The translations under genes were made by a program, and so were the position numbers. This document shows positions 22,983 to 34,746 of a stretch of DNA of 64,000 bases, one piece after another. The DNA lies in NCBI GenBank assembly GCA_964252035.1, contig OZ176200.1. One strand, 5' to 3'. Each line of letters starts with the position of its first letter. Positions within the stretch are counted from its first letter, which is position 1. A model generated the notes under the pieces. The model did not search any database, was not told the DNA's origin, and saw nothing but the letters and a program-made list of their open reading frames with translations. The DNA is from Podarcis erhardii (Eukaryota).

Positions 22983-23764
22983 TGTAGCGAGGCCCTGGGC
23001 CCCGCAGCCCCCTCCGAAATAAATACACAAACACAAGTATATTGGGTTAATGGGATAAATAAGGCCACAACTTTATTGGTTACAGATGTGAGCAGTTTGG
23101 CTAAGGCAATTGGGTGAAGCAAGACTATATTCTGACTCCCGCCTGTCTGCAGGAAGTCTCATAAGGGTCAACCACTGCAAGGAGGAGCCCTATGATATAC
23201 ATCAATTAAGAGCACCCCCAGAGTCATCAATGGGGTCACTCTAGCCCAGGCCCAGGCCTTGGACAGGAACCACACCCAGGATCCCTTTAATGGGATACCC
23301 TTAACGAGGAGGGGCAGGCGGAGGCAACAACCTCCCCTCCCATAATGAGGCTTACCCAATGCCTAACCTTACAAAGTTGTGACGATTGCTACTAGGTAGG
23401 TGAAAACCCAATGGCTAGTGCCAATTTTGCCAAGTGGAAAAATTCCTACCCGGCCCCAACAACCAGGCAACCGACACAGCACGGCCAAAGTCAATCCACG
23501 CAACAAAGGAGGGTGGGCGGGCTGGGAGATCCGAAGAATGGAGGCAAAAGGAGGCTGCTTCCCTGGCCACACCACAATTTAAACAGTCATAGCCACACCT
23601 CCAGGCAAACCTGATTGGCTGGCCGGGGGGCGTGACACGGCTGGGCATCCTCCTGACGTGGGCTGCATTCCTCCTCCCACTGCCAAGTCGCTGAAAGGAC
23701 CCAAATTCCCGCCCGCAAAGCAGCCCCCCCAAAAGGGGGAGATGACTTCCCTGCTTCAAGAACA
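22983..23764 (-). mobile_element. Probable solo LTR
   Basis: ~780-bp GC/CpG-richer block with TG...CA ends. Minus-strand AATAAA (plus TTTATT 23072-23077) lies about 90 bp from the 3' end. No clean TSD, so the right boundary is uncertain. Confidence 0.5.
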
Positions 23765-24506
23765 GCAGTCTGTGGCAGCCACTTCATACTGGTTCTTGCA
23801 AGTAACATCCTGAGTGACCTAGTGACCTTTCCTCTGTTGCCTAATACATAGATTTCAGTTTATTCAGTGGTGAAAGGCACTCTGCATATGCCAGAAGCCA
23901 TCCATTATTAGGATTGCTTAAAATTACCAGTGGTTGCAATCTAACATATAAAACAGGCCCTGGAGCTAAATTCAGCTGAGACCTGACTCTTAAGAGCCTG
24001 TAAAACACACTCACTGTTGAAATACTGTCTTGTCTTAAAAGCAACTCATCAGGTTTAGATCTTTGATCAGCTAGACACATTCCCTTAATCCTCTGATATT
24101 ACAGTATATTGCTCCAATGCCAAATCCCAGCAGACTTTCTCAGACTACCACATCCAAATCCTTTTTGTTGGTTTTTTAATGCTAAAAAGGCACAATTGAT
24201 CCCCTCTCACTGAGAGCTGGCCCAATATATTTTCCAAAACACCCAAGGCTGGCCAAGTTTTGTTCAGCACCTGAGGCAAAAAAAAAAATCCCATAAACAT
24301 TTCTTTCCCACACCCTGCTTATAACAAAAATGCAAAAACAACAAATAGGCTTTAAAGAAACCTGCTGACTTGGTGCCCTTTAATAACACACAAAATCACC
24401 TGCTGAGGCAGTGCCTTGTCTGGTCTGAAAAGAGGCAAACTAGTGGTCAAGCTGGAGGTAAGACTCACTGAGTATAGAGTTCTAGGGCTCTGATGTTGCT
24501 TTAGAG

Positions 24507-24611
24507 CAGGCTTCCTCAACCTCAGCCCTCCAGATGTTTTTGAGACTACAATTCCCATCATCCCTGACCACTGGCCAAAAACATCTGGAGGGCCAAGGTT
24601 GAGGAAGCCTG
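24507..24611. mobile_element. hAT-type hairpin MITE (family 2), internally deleted
   Basis: TIR CAGGCTTCCTCAACCT / AGGTTGAGGAAGCCTG. Perfect 8-bp TSD CTTTAGAG (24499-24506, 24612-24619). Confidence 0.92.
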
Positions 24612-25149
24612 CTTTAGAGCTCTGGAGACTTGAGTCTTGTGTAGTAAAAGCAGCTAAATCTCAACTGTTAGCCCCACTTGCTCTAGAAGATGCCTTTTTA
24701 ATTAAAGAGGCCCAGCCCACTCAAGTAGATTCCTATGGTGTCAAAGCCTCTGAATTCACTGGGTCATGGAGTCCTCCAAGTCTGAGGATGGCAGCGCCAT
24801 ATCCTTGGGTTTCAGGGATGCTGGTCTCTGGATAAAACAGTTCTAGCTGAACTTATGGAAATGCAGTCTTTTAATGATCTTGTGACCAAATAAATCCAAT
24901 TCAAAACCTGACCTCAGATAGACAATTGCTGCACATGGAAGTTCTACTTTTGACAATTTGCTTTTACTGGAATGGATGTTCATTTCTCCTTTGGTCATAC
25001 AGCCATAATACTTATTAGGATTCCTTTGTATTCAAATGATATATTGTCTACTTTTTATGCCCTTTATGAATAAATGTGTTGAGGTGTGCGTAAGTGTTGG
25101 TTTTTTGTATGTATGTATGTATGTGTATGTACGCAAACATGCATTGTGG

Positions 25150-25320
25150 GGATGGGGTACCAAACTGAGTCAGTCCTGAGTTAGGCTTCAGATAAACTCA
25201 TTATTCACTGCATTATTCACTTGTCTTTTTATATCTTGAAGTTCAAGGGTTCCCTGCTGGTCTCCCATCCAGGCACTGACCTGCTTATCTTCAGCCAAGG
25301 CTGCTGCTATATCATGGACT
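25150..25320 (-). mobile_element. 5S rRNA-derived SINE relic (SINE3/AmnSINE1-like)
   Basis: Minus strand GAAGATAAGCAGG-TCAGTGCCTGGATGGGAGACCAGCAGGGAA aligns with the 5S internal control region (GAAGCTAAGCAGG...GGTTAGTACTTGGATGGGAGACCGCCTGGGAA). Downstream sequence is not 5S. Confidence 0.55.
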
Positions 25321-28111
25321 GTGCTATGAAACTGAACAGCAGCAAATTCAGCACGGAGAAAATAAAACACTTTTTTTTTTTTTTTGCACACAGTGCCTAA
25401 TTAATCTATATAATTCCTTGCAATAAGATGTGATGGCTAATGTTAGATGACATTAAACAGGATTAAACAAATTAATGGAAGGAACTGCCATGGCTGTTAG
25501 TCATGGCACTATGTTCCAAACCATGTACAGAGGCAGTGTGCTCCTAATCCTAGTTGCTAGGGCATTCTTGTGCAGTTGTATAGTGTTTGTTATTTATTTT
25601 ATTATATTTATTGGATGCGTTTCCACCCTGGGACCATATGATGAAGGTTAGGCTGCACATGATGAATAGAAATAGGAAGCAACGGCAGAGAAGGCTGTTG
25701 CCTTAAAACCAGGGATTATGAACCCATGTGTCTTGAGTCCTACAAAAGCATCACGGAGAGGTTGGTCAGAGCCAGAGGAGTAGGAGAAGCTTGAAGAGAT
25801 TGTGTTGGAAGATCCTGGGTAGGGACTCAGTGGGTCGCAGGTTACCTGAGCCTCAAGAGGTATCTGATCCCAGGGAGAGACCCAGTGGCCAGGTGTGTGT
25901 GTATGTGTGGAGAATTAGATATTGCTGAAGGCTCAAGTGGGCTACCGGAAGATTGTTACACTCCTGTCCCTCCTGGTCTACTGCCTTCTGTTGAACAGCC
26001 GCCTTTGGCACCTCCTCCTGCCAGTGCTGGCACAAGCAAACTTCACAGAACTACATCTCCCTTGAAAGACCGCTTGTTTACTTGCTGAATTTCAGGCTCC
26101 AGCAGTAAAGCTGTGTCTCCCTACTCTTCAAAAGGAAGGTGCAGGAAGCATGTCACTTGTTGGACCAACATCCCATGCATTTAGCCTCTTCTGACTCTGC
26201 TTAGTTCTGTAACCTATAACCTGCCTTTTAAACTAATCTGATCTACATATTAAAGCTTTTGGCATAAACTGAGTTGTGTGTAAAAGTTATTTGTTGGATG
26301 GGAAGGGCCAGGATGCCGTGGTGTGGTCTCTTAATTTCTGTTGGACTCCATCACTCTCCAACCCCAACGGTCAAGGGTGATGGGAATTGTCATTCAGCAA
26401 CATCTCAAAGCCCTGATTATGAGCATCCTGTTGGACACTGTGGGAAATACCATGCATATGCACCAGGAAACAAGTCATGTGATCCGGTTCCTAAGATCTT
26501 ATTTCATCCATTATTCTTTGGATCCTGTACACACTAGTGTTGAAGAACGAAAACTGAAGAGAGGACCAAAGGGCAAGAAACAGAACATGGGACGGGAAAC
26601 CCACATTAATTAGTGGAAGCAATAACATTTTTGCCAGTCATCCATATTTCCTGCGGGATGTAGCTGCATTGGTTCAAAGTCACTAATGTTACATTTGTTT
26701 CATTTGTTATCAGTTAAGTGTGTTCAGCTCTTATAAAAGCTTCAGTCACCTGACTTGGTGTCCATCCATCATTCCCTTATATGTTTTTTATTTCCTTTCT
26801 GTAATAATGTCTGAAGTATTTTGTAAAAGTTAACTCATTCTCACCATAGCTTTGAGAGAATGAAGTAACTCATTATTATTAGTATGATGATGATGATGAT
26901 GCCACACAGCAGATATAAAAACAAAGTAATTTCGTCAGTGTACTATGCTGATTAACAGCAGAGCAAGCCTTTTACTCAACATTTACTCCCCACGCTAGAT
27001 CCCTGTACATCACTTCCTAAGTTTTATTATTATTACTGAGCAGGGCTCTCCTTTCATAAAGTTGCCCTGACTCACATGTAAACCTTCTGCCCTGCAGTTC
27101 TTGCCAACTATTAATGGTTTTAATTTCCTGTATGTTTCAGCCTCCCCCAGTTCCTTGGAGATTATGATAAATCTTTGCAAAATCCACCCTCCTTCTCCCC
27201 ACCCTGTTGGCCGCCATCCTATACCTAGCATACTCGCTTTTCCCCAACTGCCATTCATTCTGTATCTGGATTATATAATTAAAAATTGGCATATATATAT
27301 ATATGAAAAATGGGATCAGATGTCACTATACTTTTCTTAAGGTTTTATTCTCCAAGATTGTTCACAGATGTTCTTTCACCATTTAGGTGCAAGAGGCCTC
27401 CACTATACCTCCTGTGACCCCATAAGCAGAAAAAAGTCAATATACCTACAAAGACAATGCTCAGATTGCAAAGGCACATACATTCCTGGAGGCCTCTTCA
27501 ACTCTCCAAGGGAATAAGACGAAAGTGTTTCAAGCTGAATTCCTATGTATAGTTACTTGGGAATAAGCCCCTTGGAACTCAGTAGAACCGACCCCCCCCT
27601 CCCAAGCATGGGTTTTCACTGTCCAGTGTTAGAGGCTGGTTTAAAGTCTGTCATTTGGATAAGGACTTCCAACCCAGATCTGAGAACCCAAGAGGAGCCC
27701 TGCTGGAACAGACTAAAGGTTCATCTTGTCCAGCATCCTGTGACCCACAATGGTCATACAGTTGCCTACAGGAACTCCATAAGCAGAACAAGAAGGCATG
27801 AGCCATCTCCCACTGCTTTCCCCCAACAACTGGTATTCAGTGGCACAAGTCATGTGATCCTGGAGGTAGCATTCTGACTAGTAGCTGCTGATACCCTTAT
27901 CCTCCATGAATTTGACTAATTCCCTGCAAAGCTATTCAAATTGGTGGCCTAATACCATATTTATTTATTACATTCAAATTCCAAGTTTCCTGTAAAACGA
28001 TCAAGATGGCATACCTGGCTCTCCCCATCTCCATTTTATCCTCCCAGCAGCCCTGTGAGGTAGGTTCAGCTGGGAGATAATGACTGGCCCAAAGTTACCC
28101 AGTGGCTGAAT

Positions 28112-28260
28112 GCTCCCATAGCTCTGTTGGTAGAGCAGGAGGCTCTTCATCTCAGGGTTGTGGGTTCAAGCCCCACGTTGGGCAAAAGATTCCTGCATTG
28201 CAGGGGGTTGGACTAGGTGACCCTCGGGATCCCTTCCAACTCTACAATTCTATGATTCTA
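28112..28260 (+). mobile_element. tRNA-Lys-derived SINE with CR1-type 3' tail (Squam2/POM-type)
   Basis: Head 28112-28184 closely matches tRNA-Lys(CTT) (TAGCTC..GGTAGAGCA...TCTCAGGGTTGTGGGTTCAAGCCCCACGTTGGGC), followed by CCCTTCCAACTCTACAATTCTATGATTCTA. It abuts a minus-strand MIR-like fragment (~28015-28105). Confidence 0.85.
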
Positions 28261-31200
28261 TACTGTTTCTTATGTCTCTCTCTATCATCCTTCAACAAGT
28301 TCTCTTTCTCAGTTACTTTATATTCTTCAAACCATACTTCTGCAGTCTCACAGCTTCAGAATTTTCTGCTACCGGTAAATCCTCCCCTTCTTCACGCCAC
28401 ATACCTTTGTCATATTTGACTGATTTAAAGGTCTCGGGGCAGGGGTGCCATGTCACTTCTCTGCTTTGTACATTGCACCCCTCCACCCCAGTGAACAATA
28501 GGGTCCTAATTCATCTTCCCTGATGGACAGTCACTATTCGGAGCTCACCCACCTGCCTGTGTGGAGACTGAAAGGCTCACTTTGTGCAGTTTATATTTGT
28601 CCAGAGAAATAAAAAACAGTAGTGAGGATTTGGAGCTGGCTGGCAGAAAAATTGAAGCCCCAGAGATGCTGATGTTGCTTTGACACGAATGCGGCTTTGT
28701 ACCTGCTTTCTTGCCACCTGCTCAATTCTCAGTTGTACATTTGTACAGAAACAGGTATTACAAAACGCTATCCGTCTCCAGAGCTCTCTCATTTGAAGGA
28801 AATTGACCCTGCAGAGCCGCCCTGGAAATCTCCACTGCTCAGAAAACAGGGAACACTATTAAGTAAGACTGAGCAGCTAAACATGATTGCCCAGTTAAGA
28901 ACATGGGTGGACATGTGGCCCACCCACAAACCCCACATATGCACCCACTTTGAGCTCTTTCCTTCTCAGCTGGGAATTATTTCCTTCCTGCAGTCATCAT
29001 AAATGCAACACATCTTTTCATTAATTTTACATAAAGTTGCTAGTGTTTGGCAATTTTAACCTCGTCCAGTTTAATTAACCCATGATTGGTAGTTTTCATT
29101 ATTGTGAGACTGTGCCATCTCTTGGCATTCCTTACAAAATACCAGTTTCCCTTAAAGTAACCATGTATATAAACTTGTCCCCGGCTATATCAATGTGGGC
29201 AGGAGCCTGTTGCTCTACAGATATTGCTGGACTACAGCTCCCATCATTCTTGGCCATTGGCCATGCTGGTTGGGACTGATAGAAGTTGAAGTCCAACCAA
29301 CCACATCTGTAGGGCCACGGTTTCTGCACCCCTGATATAGACAAAGGTGCATGTAAACTTCTACAACCACAGCATTGTTCACTGTCAACCTCTGTTTCAG
29401 AAGGCTGAACATTTGCTGCACACTCATGCATTTTTAAGCACTGCCAATTACCCTTTGTCCATAGATAAATTAAGAATGTATCCAGGCCCCTCCATTGCTT
29501 TGTGCTTATTTTTTTTTTTTTAATACAGCTCTCCACTTGAAGCATTTATTTTGTTAAAGTAGCTTGCTTTATCTCTGCCACACATGGAGCAATTGAACTC
29601 ATTCCAATGACCCACTTGGTTACATCTGCAGTCCATTCTGTTGCTCTGTAAGAGTTCTGCTGGCCTGTGTTATATTAGTGTCTCAGGGTTATTCCCAGTT
29701 TATATCTCCCAGAACACTATGCCTACACATACTAGCTTCATTGCTTGTCTTCGTCACTTAGCTGTCTCTCCTCCTCTTTTTTCAATTGAGGGCCATGCAC
29801 TCAGTGGTGTAGACATGATACGCATGGTAAGTTTCCAAAGAGGCCTCAGCATGTGAATGTGCACACAAAATCCTACACATACAGGTACTGTACAATTAAA
29901 TAAGTAAAATTGGAAAAGCATGGGATAATAATGTTTTTCAGCACATTTATATTCACAGAAAAGTCTGATAACTCCAGAGTCATTTGGAAGTGGTCCATGA
30001 AACATTCTGACCCTTGTTCCACGCACCGTGGATTCTGGTGCTAGAAGAGCACAGGCAGGAGCTACTAAAAATCCCTTATTGTATAGCAATGGGTTTTCAA
30101 GACAGAGCAAACTTGGACTCCCCAGGCAAGCCAGATGGCACTATCCAGATGCCCACATCACCAGAACCAAAGGTGCCCCCGTCACCATGAAAAAGGCGGG
30201 CTCCAAGGCATTGAGAATAGTGGGAAGTGCACTTTAAGAGACTGAGGCAGGCAAGACACCACAGCCCAGCTTACTAGGCGATCAGCTCAGAGAGGCCCCG
30301 AGGCTGAAGCGGAGGCTGGGGAGGAAGGGGGCCAGGAGGCAGAGGCCCCTCTCTCCTCTCAACTGCCTCATTGGGGCAAGACCTACTGGGAATAATTGCT
30401 GTCATCACTAGGCCTGAGCTGTTTTGTTTCCACCACTCCTCTGCATCCATCCATTGATCCATTCCACGACATCCTCCATTGATAGGAAGGTATTCCTTTT
30501 TTCCTTTCCAGTTTTCTTTCTGTTCTGCTCTGTCTTCCCCACTAAGAAATAGATTCCCCCCCCCCAAGACACAGACATGTACATAGGTGTGTGTTTGGTT
30601 TTTTTCATAGCGTTTACCTTCTCATTAATATTAGCTATTTAATATAATTTAATATTAGCTATTTCTGCAAGCCTAACTTCAAAACAAACAAACAAACACA
30701 CACACCAAGTGGGAGTACTCAAGGGTACATTTAAAACCCCTGTTGTGAAGGGATACAATTCTATAAACAGGTCACCCATTTCTTCCTTTTTCCCTTCTAT
30801 AAATTGGGTATTCCTTTTCTTCCTTTTCCTTTTTTCCTGCCAATTTTGATTTCTATAAATAAATCCAGTCTATCCTTTTAACTCCATACTGTGACTTTGG
30901 GGCTTTCAGATACTGTCTATCCCTGACACTCTGGGTCCATGTTACCAGGTTTACTCCCAAATACTGCTGAGGTTTTACTATCCTGTCATTAGCAGAATTT
31001 AACAAGGAGTTCTGACAGTCAGAGTACTGACAATCTGAGAAAAAAAATGACTGGAACAGTGTAAGAGCTTCAGAAGCTCTGCATGTTCTAATCCATCCCA
31101 GGCTCCTTAAAGTTAAATGAAATAGGCTGGATCTTCACCGACCTTTTAAATATTATAAGCATGATATTAGATATATCATTCTAAAATGTCACAGGGCATA

Positions 31201-33629
31201 CTGGTAAATTCAAAACGTTCCTTACCTTTTGTTTGTCCAAACACAGTTTCGCTACTGCCGGTTCTTGATTGCTCTGCAGCACCCTCTGGCATCACATTGT
31301 CATAATGCACTACAATATTAACATTACATGCAAAACACAATGTGTCCATCTTAACATTATAAACCATGTGTGTAGATCTGCCCATAGTGTCTGTTGTACA
31401 GTGAATGTGCAGGATGAGCCTACCAAGAAGAAGGCAGCTAGTTTCCTACTGAGGCCAGGCAAGGAGTAGTTAGTAGATACCAGGAGAGATGGTGACAACA
31501 ACATGGAGAAAAATTGCTAAGACACTGACAAAGCATACATGCGCACAGAGAATGGCACTTTAAATTCAAGTTCTTACTACATTCCAAATAAGATGGTCAA
31601 GAGCAGCCCAATACTTTTTGTTGCCTAAGGCAAAAGACAAGATGGCACCCACCCCACATTTCCACACTCAAACGTTGACCAAACTGGATCTTATTTCAAC
31701 ATTGGCAAGGAGGGTTCAGGCAACCTACTAGGCCATATTCTCCATCCTCCTGTAACACCCTGCTGCTCCCCACCCTGCAGCATCTTCCACCTTACTCTAC
31801 CTAATAGTAGGACTTGCCATGAAGCTAAGAAAGGTTATGGCAATGGCCTGATCTATGTGATCCTATTTCACGTGTGTGAGGCATTGCAAGGTCACTTTCT
31901 TTCTCAATATTCACACGATTGAGTAGTCTGGTGAAAATTTATACAGAACGTCCAACTTATCCTGCCCTTCTCATGATAGCCTTATGAGCACTTTTCTAAA
32001 TGTGTTACTCCTTCAAGAAGGATCGCTTTCATTGTGCTTCTGCAAAGAATGCTGGAGGAATGCAATACTCTTCCCTGTAGTTAAGATGACAAACAAAAGA
32101 GCTTTGGTAGAGTTTGTTGATATGCATGCAGCTATTTTTGTCTCACTTCAGACAGGGTGCATGTGTTTTGCATAAAGAACCTGAGGGTGCATAACATTCC
32201 TATAGAACTGTATGTATAGTGTCCTATAAGTTGACGTCTTGGGAATGATGAATGTGTGTATCCCTATTGCTCCCTCTGGTAAACTAGTGAAAGCAAAATA
32301 TACGCTGCTGTATAGCTGCTTGCCAGCAAGTCAGGAACTGACAATAAAGCCAAGGGAATACTGAATGCTTGCAATAGCGGTTGGCAGCACACCAAGATAT
32401 CAAAATAATTAGCACATCTGAAATGCAAAGGGCAGAGACTGGATACATGATGGCAGTAACCACAATACAGCTTCATTCTGGAGAGAAATGACGCATTGTT
32501 AAGGAATGAGGCAAATATCCAGTGTTACTGCCAAAAATAAGGCAATAACAACATTTAGGCATACCAGTATTGAATACCAAACTGGACTGACTCCTCTTTC
32601 ATTAGTCAGAGAACTGCTCAGCTACATGAATATACTTTATGGGGTTCTTAATTACTTAGGTGAGTACTAGAAAAGAAAAGAAAACCAAGATGCAAATAAT
32701 AAATAAACCTTCCCTGTTAAATACAAGACTGAATGCTTCATTTTGAAAATCACAGTGCTGACAATTTCGTAGGGTTAAGTACCCCATAAGGACTGTGCTC
32801 ATGTAAGCCATCTATATAATGTTGAATTAGGGCAAGATTTCAAAGAGGCCAGTCTAGAACTATTTTAGTAATCTAGAAATTAGAGTAACATAGATGGTTC
32901 CCTCCATTTCCATGAATGGCAATTCCATCAAAGGGTGATGGAATTAAGACTTTTTAATTCTTAACCTTTTCGATATTCCTGAAAATAATTCCAGAATTAA
33001 CAAAAAACACAGTAGTAGTAGGACCATCCAACCAAGACTCTTAGGAAGACACTTAGAGCTCTGTGGAGATCTCCCCTCCAACTGAAGGCTTGAATGAATC
33101 TGCAGTAGTCCAAAGGCAGCCTGAAGAGCTCCATCTCAATAATTTTTCACCTGGGTCCCCCAAGCACCTCTCCTCCCACATCTCAAACCTTGCCTCATTC
33201 CCCAGTTCTACCACATCACCTCAGAACACAGAAGTGAAGGTGGAAGAGTCACAGGAGTACCTGTTTGATTGCTGGACAGTTTTCTTACCAGGCGTCTACG
33301 CAGGAGGGGGAGAATACCCAGTTGTAAGATACAACCTAGCAAAGGCCCGGGTAGAAAGAGACATGCCAATGACTATAGAAGAATCTCCTCTGAACCTTTT
33401 CTGGGTTATTCCCGTATTCCCTTTTGAGCTCATTAATTTACAGCTTCCATGCCAGATGCTGGTCATGCACAAATAGGTAGAACTGTATACAAAGGGCAAT
33501 CCCTCTTCATATGTAGTGCTGGCTCCTTGCAAACAAATTTCTGCAATTTGTGAGCCAGAACATAGGATCATGCACTCTCTTCAACACCAGTTCCTCTCTC
33601 TTTTCCCTTGTTAGTCTTAACAACCTACA

Positions 33630-33810
33630 TGAGAGATCGATAGCTCAGTAGTAGAGAGAGCACACTTTCATGTAGATCATTCATTATTTGGTATTGCTAA
33701 TGATAAAGAAAGGCCCCTACTTCAGACCCTGGGAAGCTTGTGCAGGCCACAGAACAATGGAGTAGATAGGCTAATAGCCTGACTCATTATAAAGTAACTC
33801 CCAGCGTCTT
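33630..33810 (+). mobile_element. Old tRNA-derived (LF-SINE-like) SINE
   Basis: ATAGCTCAGTAGTAGAG A-box-like head and a degenerate body similar to 62008-62170 and 13740-13865. Confidence 0.45.
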
Positions 33811-34650
33811 GTTCTTAAGTAATAAATATAATTCTGTGCTGAGGAATTGTTTTAAAGAACAGAATTTAACAGGTACATAATATCTCTTTCACTCTCCCTC
33901 CCAAACCCACATTACAACTTATTCTGTCTTTGCAATTGTAGTAAGCCATAAGAAAAATATCAACAAAAATAAGGAGTATCTCAAGCATATGTCAAACTGT
34001 CTCTAGAAAACTCTTTGGCACCTATTGAAGACGATTCTTTTCCAACAAGCCTTTTAAGACAAGATTTCTTATCCCACTCTGTAGGTGTACTAGACTTGAA
34101 ATTGTTGTTATGTGTGCTTTTATTGTTAAATTACTTTAAGTTGTTTTATGGAAGTGATTCATACATAAATAAAGAAATAAGCAAACTGCAAACCTTCAGC
34201 ACACATTCCTCAACCTCAAAATAACACAGAGATTCTTGATTAAGTACCTTCCATTATTTACGTTTAAGAAACCGGGCATCTAGGTCATTGTTAAAACATT
34301 AAAAGCAAATCCAACAGTTAATATGTATGAGAAGAATTTAATTAGTTGTCCTCTTGCACCAGCACTTTAATAAGAAGTGGCTGTAGAGGACATTGCTGTC
34401 ACAGCCCTGTTCCTGAGTCAAGAGTCAGAGGAGGATAAACTGGCTGCATTCTGCTGGACAACTTAACTGGGTGCCTGATCCTCAAGCAAATGCTCCAGTG
34501 CCCAGGGAACCTAAGCTAGGGCCGTCATGGATGCCTTCTTCAAAATCCATTTAGCCTGAGAAGTTACCTCCTTGACCACCAGACCTACTCAATAACACAG
34601 TGACCATACCAGTCTGGAGACTACAGAAAAGAGAAGAGGCGCTCTCCTTC

Positions 34651-34746
34651 ATAGATTCAATCACAGAATTGTAGAGTTGGGAGCGACCACGAGGGTCATC
34701 TAGTCAAAGCCTAGGTAACGCAGGAAGCTTTTGCCTAATGTGGGAC
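34651..34746 (-). mobile_element. tRNA-Lys/CR1-tail SINE fragment
   Basis: Reverse complement resembles the 28112-28260 body and tail (ACAGAATTGTAGAGTTGG...GAGGGTCATCTAGTC). Confidence 0.7.

Noticed and set aside
25249-25292. 5S rRNA gene
   Set aside because: Only a partial, gapped match to the internal control region with no 5S ends; better explained as a SINE head.
25560-26130. Possible second LTR-like block
   Set aside because: Composition is suggestive, but I could not define TG...CA ends, a TSD or a second copy.
28112-28184. tRNA-Lys gene
   Set aside because: The acceptor stem and anticodon loop are disrupted and it runs directly into a CR1-type tail, so it is a SINE head.
33063-33571. 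Overlapping ORFs on both strands (137 aa plus, 91 aa minus)
   Set aside because: The plus ORF starts at GTG right after a stop; no convincing splice boundaries and no recognisable domain. A tBLASTn search would settle it.
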